64,000 nt of DNA, from the NCBI GenBank assembly GCA_963657295.1, contig CAVKMX010000001.1, positions 1,577 through 65,576 of the forward strand, read 5' to 3'. Below the pieces are notes generated by a model that saw nothing but the letters and a program-made list of their open reading frames with translations, ran no database searches and had not been told where the DNA came from. Below are positions 55,023 through 64,000 of the stretch, in pieces. This stretch comes from Clostridium sp. CAG:302. Its GTDB lineage: Bacteria > Bacillota > Clostridia > Lachnospirales > Lachnospiraceae. The position numbers and the translations under genes were made by a program. The number at the start of each line of letters is the position of its first letter. Position 1 is the first letter of the stretch.

Positions 55023-55781
55023 TTAGTATTTTGTCAGGAACTGCCTCGTGCGCTCCTCCTTCGGATTCCCGAAGACCTCCTCCGGAGTCCCCTGCTCGGC
55101 AATCTTTCCCTCATCCATGAAGATGACCTGATCGGACACATCCCGGGCAAAGCTCATCTCATGCGTCACGATGATCATCGTGGTGTGCTGGTCTGCAAGC
55201 CCCCGGATTACCTTCAGCACCTCACCGGTGAGCTCCGGATCCAGGGCAGAGGTCGGCTCATCAAAGCAGAGAATGTCCGGATGCAGGGCAAGTGCTCTGG
55301 CAATCGCCACCCGCTGCTGCTGACCGCCGGAGAGCTGGTGCGGATAATTGTCCTTCCGATTGGACAGGCCCATCTGTTCCAGAAGCCGCTCCGCGTCCTC
55401 CCGGATCCTTGTCTCCTCCGCAGAGCCGCTTGCCTTCGCATGAAGAGACGGCGCCAGCATGACATTCTCCAGTGCCGTATATTGCGGAAACAGGTGGAAG
55501 GACTGGAACACCAGCCCGAAATGGAGTCGCTTTTCCCGCAGCCGGGCATCGCTCAGCCTTTCCTTTTGAGCTCCATCATACAACACATCGCCCCGCAGGG
55601 AAATGATGCCCTTATCCGGCAGCTCCAGAAAATTCAGACAACGCAGCAGCGTCGTCTTGCCGGATCCGGAGGAGCCGATGATGGACAGCGCGGTTCCCTC
55701 TTCCATGGAAAAGGAAATATCCTTCAAAACCTCGGTTTCCCCGAAGCTCTTCTGAATGTTCTTCACTTCCAAAATTGCCAT
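55023..55781 (-). CDS. Amino acid ABC transporter ATP-binding protein
   Basis: [26 protein letters not shown]. Confidence 0.94.
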   Translation of the reverse strand: MAILEVKNIQKSFGETEVLKDISFSMEEGTALSIIGSSGSGKTTLLRCLNFLELPDKGIISLRGDVLYDGAQKERLSDARLREKRLHFGLVFQSFHLFPQYTALENVMLAPSLHAKASGSAEETRIREDAERLLEQMGLSNRKDNYPHQLSGGQQQRVAIARALALHPDILCFDEPTSALDPELTGEVLKVIRGLADQHTTMIIVTHEMSFARDVSDQVIFMDEGKIAEQGTPEEVFGNPKEERTRQFLTKY

Positions 55782-55801
55782 AGCCGTCTCTCCCTGCGCA
55801 A

Positions 55802-56458
55802 TCAGCGGAAATAATCCAGTTTCTTCTCAATATAGTCGAACAGCAGCGTCAAAAGTCCGGAGAACAGGAGATAGAAAACACCGGTGTAGAACAGCGGCCA
55901 GATGATGCCGGCGCTCTTGATGTAGGCCTGTCCGTTCCAGATGATCTCATAGACCGCAATGACGCGGGCCAGCGAGGTATCCTTCACCAGAGTAATGATT
56001 TCGTTGGAAATCGGCGGAACGATCCGCTTGATCACCTGCAGCAGGACCACCTTTCGGAAGATCTGTCCCTTGGTCATGCCAAGGACATACCCGGCCTCAT
56101 ACTGTCCCACCGGAATGGATTGAATCCCGCCGCGATAAATCTCCGAAAAATAGCAGGAATAATTCAGGACAAAGGCAAACAATGCCGCCGCGAAACGCCC
56201 GGTGCTCCCGGACCCCCACCAGTTGTTGCCCAGCAGAATGCCGGGACCGTAATAGAAAACCAGCAGCTGCAGGAGCAGCGGCGTTCCGCGGATGATCCAG
56301 ATCAGGAATTTCAGCGGGTACTGCACCAGCTTCACCCTGCTCATGGAGCCAAGGCTCATGAGCAGTCCCAGCGGAAGGGAAAAGAGAAGCGTGAGGCCGA
56401 ACAGCTTCAGTGTCCCCAGGAAACCCTCCAAAAGTGATAATGTTACTTCCAAAAACAT
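55802..56458 (-). CDS. Amino acid ABC transporter permease
   Basis: [35 protein letters not shown]. Confidence 0.93.
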   Translation of the reverse strand: MFLEVTLSLLEGFLGTLKLFGLTLLFSLPLGLLMSLGSMSRVKLVQYPLKFLIWIIRGTPLLLQLLVFYYGPGILLGNNWWGSGSTGRFAAALFAFVLNYSCYFSEIYRGGIQSIPVGQYEAGYVLGMTKGQIFRKVVLLQVIKRIVPPISNEIITLVKDTSLARVIAVYEIIWNGQAYIKSAGIIWPLFYTGVFYLLFSGLLTLLFDYIEKKLDYFR

Positions 56459-56594
56459 AGCGTTGTCCTCCCGCAGACGCCACAAGTGCAAGGCCGGACC
56501 TTCGTCCGGTCTTGCACCCCTTCGTCTGCATAACAGGTATCCGTCTGTATCACCCCGGATTCCCCTGCAAATCCGCTGTCTGCCTGCTGCCCGC

Positions 56595-57494
56595 TTACTG
56601 TGCCTGTTCTACCAGAGAATCCTGCACACCGTACTGCTCTGCCGTCTCCTGCATCGAGCCGTCCGCATAGAACTTCACAAACTCATCATTGATGTATGCT
56701 GCAAGATCCGATCCCTTTCTGCAGCCAACGCCGTATTCCTCCGTCGTCAGCTCCACGGTATGCGTCAGATCCGGATAATCCGTTCCCTCGCCGATCATTG
56801 CACCGGCCATCAGAAGGTCAATGATGCTGGCATCCGATGTGCCGGCCTCTACCTCCATCAGCGTATCCGCCTGAGAGGTCAGGGACGTGTAGTCGAACCC
56901 GTACTCCTCCGCAGCCGCCTCCCCTGCAGACCCGGCCTCCACCGCAAAGGCAAGATCCTTCATGCTCTCTGTATCCGGATAATTCTCCGCCTTGTCGGCC
57001 GGAAGTACCACCACCTGCGCATTGTTGCAGTAGGCATTGGTGCACTCCATGGAAGACGTCACCTCATCGGTCAGCGTCATGCCGTTCCATACCACATCGA
57101 TGCTCTTATTGTTCAGCTCCAGAATCTTGTTGTCCCAGTCGATCTCAACAAACTGAACCTCTACGCCGAGATCCTCCGCGACCTTCTTCGCCATATCCGC
57201 GTCAAAGCCGATCCAATCGCCGTTCTCGTCCTTGTAATCCATGGGCTCGAAATCGGTGATGCCGACGATCAGGGTACCCTTTCCCTGAACATATGCCACA
57301 TCGCTGTCGGCCGCATCCGCCGTCTCCTCGGACGCATCCGACGATTCCTCTGCCGCATCCCCGGTGTCTTCTGCACCTTCCTCTGTGCTCTCCTGTGCAG
57401 CCGCCTCCGTCGTTTCCCCGGATCCGCCGCAGCCCGCCAGCATGCTCATTGCCGTCATGGCAGTCAATACAACAGCCAGTGCCTTCTTTTTCAT
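56595..57494 (-). CDS. Amino acid ABC substrate-binding lipoprotein
   Basis: LAGC lipobox, VGITDFEPM, GFDAD, WNGMT. Confidence 0.9.
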   Translation of the reverse strand: MKKKALAVVLTAMTAMSMLAGCGGSGETTEAAAQESTEEGAEDTGDAAEESSDASEETADAADSDVAYVQGKGTLIVGITDFEPMDYKDENGDWIGFDADMAKKVAEDLGVEVQFVEIDWDNKILELNNKSIDVVWNGMTLTDEVTSSMECTNAYCNNAQVVVLPADKAENYPDTESMKDLAFAVEAGSAGEAAAEEYGFDYTSLTSQADTLMEVEAGTSDASIIDLLMAGAMIGEGTDYPDLTHTVELTTEEYGVGCRKGSDLAAYINDEFVKFYADGSMQETAEQYGVQDSLVEQAQ

Positions 57495-57732
57495 AATTCT
57501 CCTCCATCCCGCAGGCGCATTCCCGCACAACCCGCATTCTGCCGCGCCTTCGTTTTAACATGCTAGCACTTTACCACAGGAAAGCGTTCAGGGCAAGCTT
57601 TTCTTAATGTATCTGTTTCGCACCTGTACCGGCTGTAACATTTCCATGTTCCCCTCGTATGTATGGGTGTAAGACAAAGAGACAGCTGCCTGGGGAGGCA
57701 GCGGAATAGAATGAACAGAAAGGAGATACACG

Positions 57733-57915
57733 ATGAAAAACTTCAAGATCACACTTGCAAATATCCTCAGGGAAGCGAACAAGTTTCTGGTAGATTACGG
57801 CAACATGTACTCCAACCGCATGTACATCGGCAAGCCCACGGACGCTCTGACCGCAAAGGCTTCCGGAACCGATCGCGACGGCGGCTTCCTCACCGGCAGC
57901 CCCGCACTGTCCTGA
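57733..57915 (+). CDS. Small hypothetical protein (60 aa)
   Basis: Strong RBS AAAGGAGA, GC-ending codons, sits alone in an intergenic gap with downstream hairpins. Confidence 0.65.
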   Translation: MKNFKITLANILREANKFLVDYGNMYSNRMYIGKPTDALTAKASGTDRDGGFLTGSPALS

Positions 57916-57968
57916 TGGACGGTGTCTCCTGTCCGCAGACTGACAGGCTGGTCCCCTCATAATGATAA

Positions 57969-58007
57969 GGCCGCCCCGCGGAGCAATAACTGCTCTGCGG
58001 GGCGGCT
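57969..58007. terminator. Hairpin between convergent genes
   Basis: GCCGCCCCGCGGAGCA-ataac-TGCTCTGCGGGGCGGC. Confidence 0.6.
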
Positions 58008-58033
58008 GCTCTGTGTATATTCCGAAGACACCT

Positions 58034-58903
58034 TCATCCCACCAGAATTCTGTATTCCTTCCGGAAGGTTTCTCCGGGAGCCGCTGCATTCACATTCGGC
58101 TTCTGTGACAGCTCTCCGGCAAAGCCGATGTCGTCACATCGCCCCATCCATGGCTCCAGACACACAAAGGGAGCATCCTTCACCGACCAGATTCCGAAGT
58201 TCGGAAAGCCCTCGCAGCGGATGCCGACGTACGGCGTTCCGTCCTTCCTGCACAGCCACGCCTCTTCGATCTGTCCCCCGTCAAAAATCAGGGCATCCCG
58301 TTCAAACATCTGCTCTGTCACAATGCAGCATTCCTTCTCCAGCCGAAGATCGTACTGCCTCACAGGGTCCACTGCCTCTTCCCCGGGATCGATCAGACAG
58401 TAATGCAAAGACTCCTTCCCAGGAAACCGCAGCAGATAATCCTCTTTTCGCTCGCCCGCTCCGCCAAAGCGAAATGCCGGGTGCGCGCCGATGGTGAAAT
58501 AGATGGTCTCCTCAGACGGATTTCTCACCTCCCAGCTCACACGGATCCCCTCCCTCACGAGCTCATACCCGATGCGGAGTTCAAAGTCGAAGGGATAGCG
58601 CTGTCTGGTCTCCTCAGACGATGCAAGAAGGAACCCGGCCTTTGTCTGCTCTGCGCATACGCGCTGAAATTCGCTGTCTCTTGCAAAGCCATGCTGCGAG
58701 GTCGGATATTCTTTCCCGTTGATCCGCATGATGTTCCGATAGGTTTTGCCGACATTCGGAAACAGCACCGGCGCATGCCGCTTCCAGAATCTGCCGTTAC
58801 CTTCCCACAGCAGCTCCTCCCCCGTTCTCTTATTGTAAATTCTCGTCAGCTCCGCTCCATGCTCCGCAATTTCCACATACAATGCCTCATTTTCCAGTTT
58901 CAT
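58034..58903 (-). CDS. Aldose 1-epimerase family protein (LacX-like)
   Basis: GAEL, APVLFPNVG, QHGFARD, IGAHPAF, FVCLEPWMG. Confidence 0.9.
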   Translation of the reverse strand: MKLENEALYVEIAEHGAELTRIYNKRTGEELLWEGNGRFWKRHAPVLFPNVGKTYRNIMRINGKEYPTSQHGFARDSEFQRVCAEQTKAGFLLASSEETRQRYPFDFELRIGYELVREGIRVSWEVRNPSEETIYFTIGAHPAFRFGGAGERKEDYLLRFPGKESLHYCLIDPGEEAVDPVRQYDLRLEKECCIVTEQMFERDALIFDGGQIEEAWLCRKDGTPYVGIRCEGFPNFGIWSVKDAPFVCLEPWMGRCDDIGFAGELSQKPNVNAAAPGETFRKEYRILVG

Positions 58904-59030
58904 CTCCTGTTCCCCCGATTCTGCTCTGTGAGATTTCACGCTGTTCGCTGCTGCATCTTTCTTTTCCGACGATTCCGCCTGGTCCGCCGGATGTGCACTT
59001 CCATTATCGCACGCACTTTCAAATAAATCT

Positions 59031-59117
59031 GTATCTGTTTTAGCACCCAATTTCAATCGTGAATGTGCCTGAAAGCAGTCAATTCACGTTGAAATGTGGC
59101 AGGTGCTGAACCGATAC
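59031..59117. mobile_element. Internally shortened copy of the 50003 MITE
   Basis: Ends GTATCTGTTTTAGCACC / GGTGCTGAACCGATAC; body nearly identical to the right half of the 50003 copy; flanks ATAAATCT/ATAAAAAG look like a decayed duplication. Confidence 0.8.
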
Positions 59118-59120
59118 ATA

Positions 59121-59166
59121 AAAAGTCCTGAAAAGATCAGCATTCACTGATCCTTTCAGGACTTTT
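59121..59166 (-). terminator. Terminator downstream of tRNA-Pro
   Basis: AAAAGTCCTGAAAAGATCAG...CTGATCCTTTCAGGACTTTT inverted repeat. Confidence 0.75.
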
Positions 59167-59171
59167 CCTAA

Positions 59172-59244
59172 TCGGAGTGACAAGGTTCGAACTTGCGGCC
59201 TCCACGTCCCTAACGTGGCGCGCTACCAGCTGCGCTACACCCCG
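59172..59244 (-). tRNA. tRNA-Pro with anticodon AGG
   Basis: CGGGGTG acceptor, TAGCGCAGCTGGTAGCGCG D-arm, CCACG-TTAGGGA-CGTGG anticodon arm, GTTCGAAC T-loop; promoter TTGCTT-N17-TATAAT upstream. Confidence 0.95.
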
Positions 59245-59339
59245 ATTCTCACGCATCCGCCGTTCTCAACAGACGCATGAGCTATTATATCGGCTTTCCA
59301 ATCAAAAAGCAACAGTAAAATTCCAAAACCTGTTCTGCT

Positions 59340-59846
59340 TTATTGGTTCCTGCCGTGGCACTTCTTATACTTCTTGCCGGAGCCGCAGGGGCAGGGATCG
59401 TTGGGATAGATCTTCTTCTCCTTTACAACCGTGCCCGACTGCTTCTGCTGCAGGTAGAGCTCCTTCTGCTCCTCCTGTGTGTAGATCTCATTCCATTCCG
59501 GCAGCTTGTAGAGCCAGTCCGCCTCAGCCGCCACCATGTTCTTGTACAGCTTCTCTTTGTCGAAAGCCAGGCTGACCTCGGTATCCTCCTCCATGGTTTC
59601 AATCGGATTCGCCTCCTTGAGGGAATCATTGATCCCATCCAGGAAACCGACCATGTACTCCAGAGAGATGCCGTATTTCTCCGCCAGCTCCCGGACGGTG
59701 CCCTTCACCTCTTCGTCCGGATTCTTCAGCAGCTCCGCATAGATGTCCTTTTCCTTTGCAAAATAGCTGGTCCACAGCCTCTGCAGATCGCCCTTGTTCG
59801 CCTTCTCGTTGTACGCCTTCGCGCGCCATTCCTGTAACAGTGCCAT
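59340..59846 (-). CDS. SEC-C motif-containing protein
   Basis: [17 protein letters not shown]-terminal [17 protein letters not shown]. Confidence 0.88.
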   Translation of the reverse strand: MALLQEWRAKAYNEKANKGDLQRLWTSYFAKEKDIYAELLKNPDEEVKGTVRELAEKYGISLEYMVGFLDGINDSLKEANPIETMEEDTEVSLAFDKEKLYKNMVAAEADWLYKLPEWNEIYTQEEQKELYLQQKQSGTVVKEKKIYPNDPCPCGSGKKYKKCHGRNQ

Positions 59847-59945
59847 ATTGTCCTTTCCTTCTGAACCAAAACCAGGCCGCAGCCCGTCTGCAGCCGCACG
59901 GGAAGAATTCCGCACAGGCGGATTCTCCGATGTTGCCATATCTTT

Positions 59946-61193
59946 TTACAATGCCCGGATCCGCTCCATGGCAAGCCTTGAATTCTCCACCGTCCCGAAG
60001 CTCGTGAGGCGGAAGAAATGCTCTCCGGAGGGGCCGAAGCCCGAGCCCGGGGTCCCGATGACATTTGCCTTATCCAGAAGGAAGTCAAAGAATTCCCAGC
60101 TGGTCATGTCATCCCTCGTCTTCAGCCATACATAGGGCGAATTCACGCCGCCGTAGGCCGTATATCCCATGGACTGGAGGCTTTCCCGGATGAATCTGGC
60201 GTTCTCCATGTAGCGCCCGACCATCTCGCGGACCTGCTCCTTGCCGGCCTCGGAATACACCGCCTCCCCGGCACGCTGTACGATGTACGGAGCACCGTTG
60301 TACTTGGTCCCGTGGCGTCTGGCCCACAGGCTGTGGATGGCGATTCCGTTGTGATCCTTCAGATCCTTCGGGATCACCGTGGCGCCCAGACGAAGTCCCG
60401 TGAAGCCTGCGTTCTTTGAGAAAGAGCGCAGCTCAATGGCACAGGTTCTCGCTCCCTCGCATTCATAGATGGTGTGCGGAATGTTGTCCTCTGTGATATA
60501 CGCCTCATAGGCCGAATCAAAGATGATCACCGCGCCGTTTGCATTGGCATAATCCACCCATTTCTGCAGCTGATCTTTGTTCAGAGCAGCCCCCGTCGGA
60601 TTGTTGGGGGAGCAGATGTAGATCAGATCCGGCCTGCGGTTCCCAGAGGCTGCCAGGGTCAGGCCCTCGCCCGGCAGATCCGGCGCGAATCCGTTCGCCT
60701 CTGTGCAGGGCATATAGATCACATTGCTCCAGCAGCCCGTCGCCGCATCGTAATCCCCGGTGCGGCCGGCCATCACATTGCTGTCCACATACACCGGATA
60801 GACCGGATCGCAGACGGCAATAACATTGTCCTTCTCGAACACCTCCTGAATGTTGGCGGAATCCGACTTGGCTCCGTCCGACACGAAGATCTCATCGTCC
60901 GCGATCTCACAGCCCCTCGCCCGATAGTCGTTCTCCGCAATGGCCCTCCGCAGGAAATCATAGCCAAGATCCGGTGCATATCCCCGGAAAGTGGCGGCAT
61001 CTCCCTGCTCGTCCACGGCCTTATGCAGGGCTTCCAGAACAGCCGGCGGAAGCGGCTGCGTCACATCGCCGATTCCCATCCGGATCAGTTCCGCCTCCGG
61101 ATGCGCTGCCTGATATGCCTTCGTCTTCTTCGCGATGGTGCTGAACAGATAACTGCCCGGCAGTTTCAGATTGTCGCTGTTGGCTTCAAACAT
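59946..61193 (-). CDS. dapL: LL-diaminopimelate aminotransferase
   Basis: SYLFSTI, MGIGDVTQP, SDGAKSD, CSPNNPTG, SFSKNAGFTG. Confidence 0.94.
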   Translation of the reverse strand: MFEANSDNLKLPGSYLFSTIAKKTKAYQAAHPEAELIRMGIGDVTQPLPPAVLEALHKAVDEQGDAATFRGYAPDLGYDFLRRAIAENDYRARGCEIADDEIFVSDGAKSDSANIQEVFEKDNVIAVCDPVYPVYVDSNVMAGRTGDYDAATGCWSNVIYMPCTEANGFAPDLPGEGLTLAASGNRRPDLIYICSPNNPTGAALNKDQLQKWVDYANANGAVIIFDSAYEAYITEDNIPHTIYECEGARTCAIELRSFSKNAGFTGLRLGATVIPKDLKDHNGIAIHSLWARRHGTKYNGAPYIVQRAGEAVYSEAGKEQVREMVGRYMENARFIRESLQSMGYTAYGGVNSPYVWLKTRDDMTSWEFFDFLLDKANVIGTPGSGFGPSGEHFFRLTSFGTVENSRLAMERIRAL

Positions 61194-61260
61194 AGTTTTC
61201 TCTCCGCTTTCATGCATTTCTCTGCCGCAGCAGAGCCGCGGCAGGAATCTCACCTGTGCA

Positions 61261-62196
61261 TTATAGTGAAATCTCAATCGTTCCGTCAAATACCGTCTTC
61301 GCAGGGCCGGTCATATAAATATCACCGGTCGTCTCATCCCATTCAATGAGAAGCCGCCCGCCCAGGAGCTCGACCTCTACCCTCCGGTCCGTCCTGCCGT
61401 TCAGCACACACGCCGCCGCGGCTGCGCAGCTCCCCGTGCCGCAGGCCAGTGTCTCGCCGCTTCCGCGCTCCCAGACACGCATCCGGATATGTCCTCTGTC
61501 CGCCACCTGGATGAATTCCGTATTGGTTCTCTCCGGAAATCTCTCATGGTGCTCCAGGAAGGGTCCGATGTTCGCAAGATCCAGATTCCGGATGTCTCCG
61601 TCCGGTATGGGCTGTCCGTTTTCATCCGAGAGGCCGCGGGCCTTCAGAAGCTCTGCATGATCATCGAGGAAAATCACATCATGCGGATTTCCCATCGACA
61701 CACAGGTCATGCGGTAGGTTCTGCCTCCTGCCGTAATCGGCTCGTCGATGACCCGGTCCGTCGGGGCCTTCCCCTCTGCCGGCACCACCGGAATTCTCTC
61801 CGCCTCCAGGATCGGCTGTCCCATATTGACCCGGGCCTGCAGCATTTTCCCGCCCCGGCAGGTCATCTCCAGCCTCTTGATCTCGCCGAAGCTCTCAATG
61901 GTGATATCACTTCTTCCATCGGTCATCCCGTGATCGTAGACGTATTTGCCGACGCACCGGATTCCGTTCCCGCACATCTTGCCGCGGGATCCGTCCCTGT
62001 TGTACATTTCCATCTCAAAATCGGCCCTTTCGGAGGGATTGATGAAGATCACGCCGTCCCCGCCGATTCCGAAATGCTCCCGGGACAGCTTCCGGACAAG
62101 CTCTGCCTTCGCCTCCTCCGGCACCTTTTCCGTAAAGCCGTTGATGTAAATGTAATCGTTTCCGCACCCTTCCATCTTCGTGAAATGCAGCAGCAT
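61261..62196 (-). CDS. dapF: Diaminopimelate epimerase
   Basis: KMEGCGNDY, MCGNGIRC, SMGNPH, ERGSGETLACGTG. Confidence 0.95.
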   Translation of the reverse strand: MLLHFTKMEGCGNDYIYINGFTEKVPEEAKAELVRKLSREHFGIGGDGVIFINPSERADFEMEMYNRDGSRGKMCGNGIRCVGKYVYDHGMTDGRSDITIESFGEIKRLEMTCRGGKMLQARVNMGQPILEAERIPVVPAEGKAPTDRVIDEPITAGGRTYRMTCVSMGNPHDVIFLDDHAELLKARGLSDENGQPIPDGDIRNLDLANIGPFLEHHERFPERTNTEFIQVADRGHIRMRVWERGSGETLACGTGSCAAAAACVLNGRTDRRVEVELLGGRLLIEWDETTGDIYMTGPAKTVFDGTIEISL

Positions 62197-62334
62197 ATCT
62201 GTCTCCCTTCCGGAATCTCTCCTCTGCTCTGGTCCAGGCAGCCGTATCTGCGCAGCCCGTCCCGATTCCGATGCGTCCAACAAGTGCCGGAACGTGCAGG
62301 CGCAGCGGACTGCGCCCGTCATTCCGAAAAAGGT

Positions 62335-64000
62335 TCATTCCGTCTCCGGAAGCGTCTCCAGATCCTTCTGCCAGAGGGTCGCCGCCGCGTCGCTGGGCAT
62401 CCGCAGATCCCCCCTCGGCGATACCGCTGCCGAGCCGACCTTCGGGCCGTCCGGCAGACAGGAGCGTTTGAACTGCTGGGAGAAAAACCGTCGGATAAAG
62501 GTCTTCTCCCATTTCAGGATGGTCTCCGCGTCATACACGCCCGCAAAGGACTGCCGCGCCAGCCGGTAGATCTTCCTCGGCCGGTAGCCGCAGCGCAGCA
62601 TGTAATAAAGATAGTAATCGTGGAGCTCATACGGTCCCACCAGGTCCTCTGTTCTCTGAGAAATGGTCCCGTCCCCCGAGGGCGGCAGGAGCTCCGGACT
62701 GACCGGGGTGTCCAGCACATCCCGCAGGCACTCCGCCAGCTGCGGCTCCGCCTCTGCGGCCTGCTCCATGCAGTAACGCACCAGATGGGAGACCAGCGTC
62801 TTCGGGACACCGGCATTCACGGCATACATGGACATGTGATCCCCGTTGTAGGTGGCCCACCCAAGCGCCAGCTCCGACAGGTCGCCGGTTCCGATGACCA
62901 GACCTCCTGTCCTGTTGGCAAGGTCCATCAGAACCTGTGTCCGCTCCCTGGCCTGCCCGTTCTCATAGGTTACATCGTGCACCGATTCATCCTGCCCGAT
63001 GTCCCGGAAATGAAGGCGCACCGACTCCCCGATCGGGATCTCGTGCAAGGTTGCCTGCAGAGAATCCGCCAGCGTCACCGCGTTGCTGTGCGTCCGGTCC
63101 GTCGTCCCGTAGCAGGGCATCGTCACGGCCAGGATATTCTTCCTGTCCATTCCCGTCAGGTCAAAGGCCCTCGCCGTCACCAGAAGGGCCAGCGTGGAGT
63201 CCAGGCCACCCGAGACACCGATCACCGCTGTGCGGCAATGCACATGCGACAGCCGCCTTGCCAGTCCCCGCGCCTGTATGTTCAGAATGTCCTCGCAGCG
63301 GCGGAACCGCCCTGCCGCATCGTCCGGCACAAAGGGATGGGGATCGAAAACTCTCGTAAGCTCCAGCGTCCGGCTCTCCATATGAACCGGCACATACCAA
63401 TAGTCATTCTCCCTGCTGATGTGAAACGTCGTCATGCGGCGGCGCTCACTGTTCATACGCTGGATGTCAAATTCCGCATAGGTGAGCTTTGCCGCGCCGT
63501 AAGCGTTGTCGAAAATCCTCCGCTGTGCCAGCATGGTGCCGTTTTCCAGCATCATCACCCGGCCGCCGAACACCAGATCCTGCGTCGACTCTCCGTCGCC
63601 TGCGCTGACGTAAATGTAATCCGACACCGTTCTGGCGGAAACCGAGGAGAACAGCTGTGTCCGATAGTCGTCCTTTCCGACCGTCTCATTGGAGGCTGAA
63701 AGGTTGACCATCAGATTGGCCCCCGCCATGGCATGCTGCAGATGCGGCGGATTCACCACCCAGGCATCCTCGCACAGCTCACAGCCGATGACAAGGTCTC
63801 TCACCGCATCCACCTCCAGCAGGATGTGGCTGCCGAAGGGAATCTCTTCTCCCCCGTAGCGGATCAGCTCCGGCTCCTCCGGTCCCGGGGTGAACTGCCT
63901 CGGCTCATAGAACTCGCCGTAATCCGGCAGGAACCGCTTCGGAATGAACGCGAGGATCCTGCCGTTCTGAAGAACCGCGGCGGTATTGTACAGCTTCCCC
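62335..64000 (-). CDS. nadE: Glutamine-dependent NAD+ synthetase, 3' part; starts beyond the window
   Basis: Nitrilase-like ELCEDAW, GVSGGLDSTLALL, ENGQARER, GTGDLSE, QQFKRSCLPDGPKVG. Confidence 0.93.
   Translation of the reverse strand, partial: GKLYNTAAVLQNGRILAFIPKRFLPDYGEFYEPRQFTPGPEEPELIRYGGEEIPFGSHILLEVDAVRDLVIGCELCEDAWVVNPPHLQHAMAGANLMVNLSASNETVGKDDYRTQLFSSVSARTVSDYIYVSAGDGESTQDLVFGGRVMMLENGTMLAQRRIFDNAYGAAKLTYAEFDIQRMNSERRRMTTFHISRENDYWYVPVHMESRTLELTRVFDPHPFVPDDAAGRFRRCEDILNIQARGLARRLSHVHCRTAVIGVSGGLDSTLALLVTARAFDLTGMDRKNILAVTMPCYGTTDRTHSNAVTLADSLQATLHEIPIGESVRLHFRDIGQDESVHDVTYENGQARERTQVLMDLANRTGGLVIGTGDLSELALGWATYNGDHMSMYAVNAGVPKTLVSHLVRYCMEQAAEAEPQLAECLRDVLDTPVSPELLPPSGDGTISQRTEDLVGPYELHDYYLYYMLRCGYRPRKIYRLARQSFAGVYDAETILKWEKTFIRRFFSQQFKRSCLPDGPKVGSAAVSPRGDLRMPSDAAATLWQKDLETLPETE

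Noticed and set aside
57609..57626. GTATCTGTTTCGCACCTG as a further MITE copy
   Set aside because: Only an 18-bp partial match to one end, with no partner end or duplication; kept only as a possible remnant.

Overview
GC-rich chromosomal segment whose proteins and gene order resemble Clostridia (Lachnospiraceae-like; inference). Almost all genes are on the minus strand. In order: partial sugar-binding lipoprotein and ROK regulator; complete trpEGDCFBA operon under a Trp(UGG)-specifier T-box; gluconate-5-dehydrogenase/KduD-like SDR; a cls - GH2 beta-galactosidase - GH127 - yfbR - serine hydrolase run; FabG-like SDR; a small AT-richer patch with a GNAT gene and gene remnants (including an hsdS 5' stub); a pectin/oligogalacturonide locus (ABC transporter, GH28, CE8, GH105, LacI, TIM-barrel isomerase); tRNA-Leu(TAA); rho; DUF4364; rarA; glgP; PPi-type pfk; uxaA/uxaB with a DeoR regulator; tex; amino-acid binding protein; zinc-ribbon/DUF5685/J-domain trio; infC(ATT start)-rpmI-rplT with an L20 leader; asnB; glucokinase; amino-acid ABC transporter; aldose epimerase; tRNA-Pro; SEC-C protein; dapL, dapF and partial nadE. 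The most unusual observations are a beta-galactosidase with an in-frame N-terminal transposase-derived domain, a tRNA-Pro with the rare AGG (A34) anticodon, an IS66-like MITE family with an intact 8-bp target duplication, a miniature GH105-like protein inside the ABC operon, and long GC-rich leader RNAs. No CRISPR array, prophage or intact transposase is seen. All product calls come from motif recognition by eye, not database searches.
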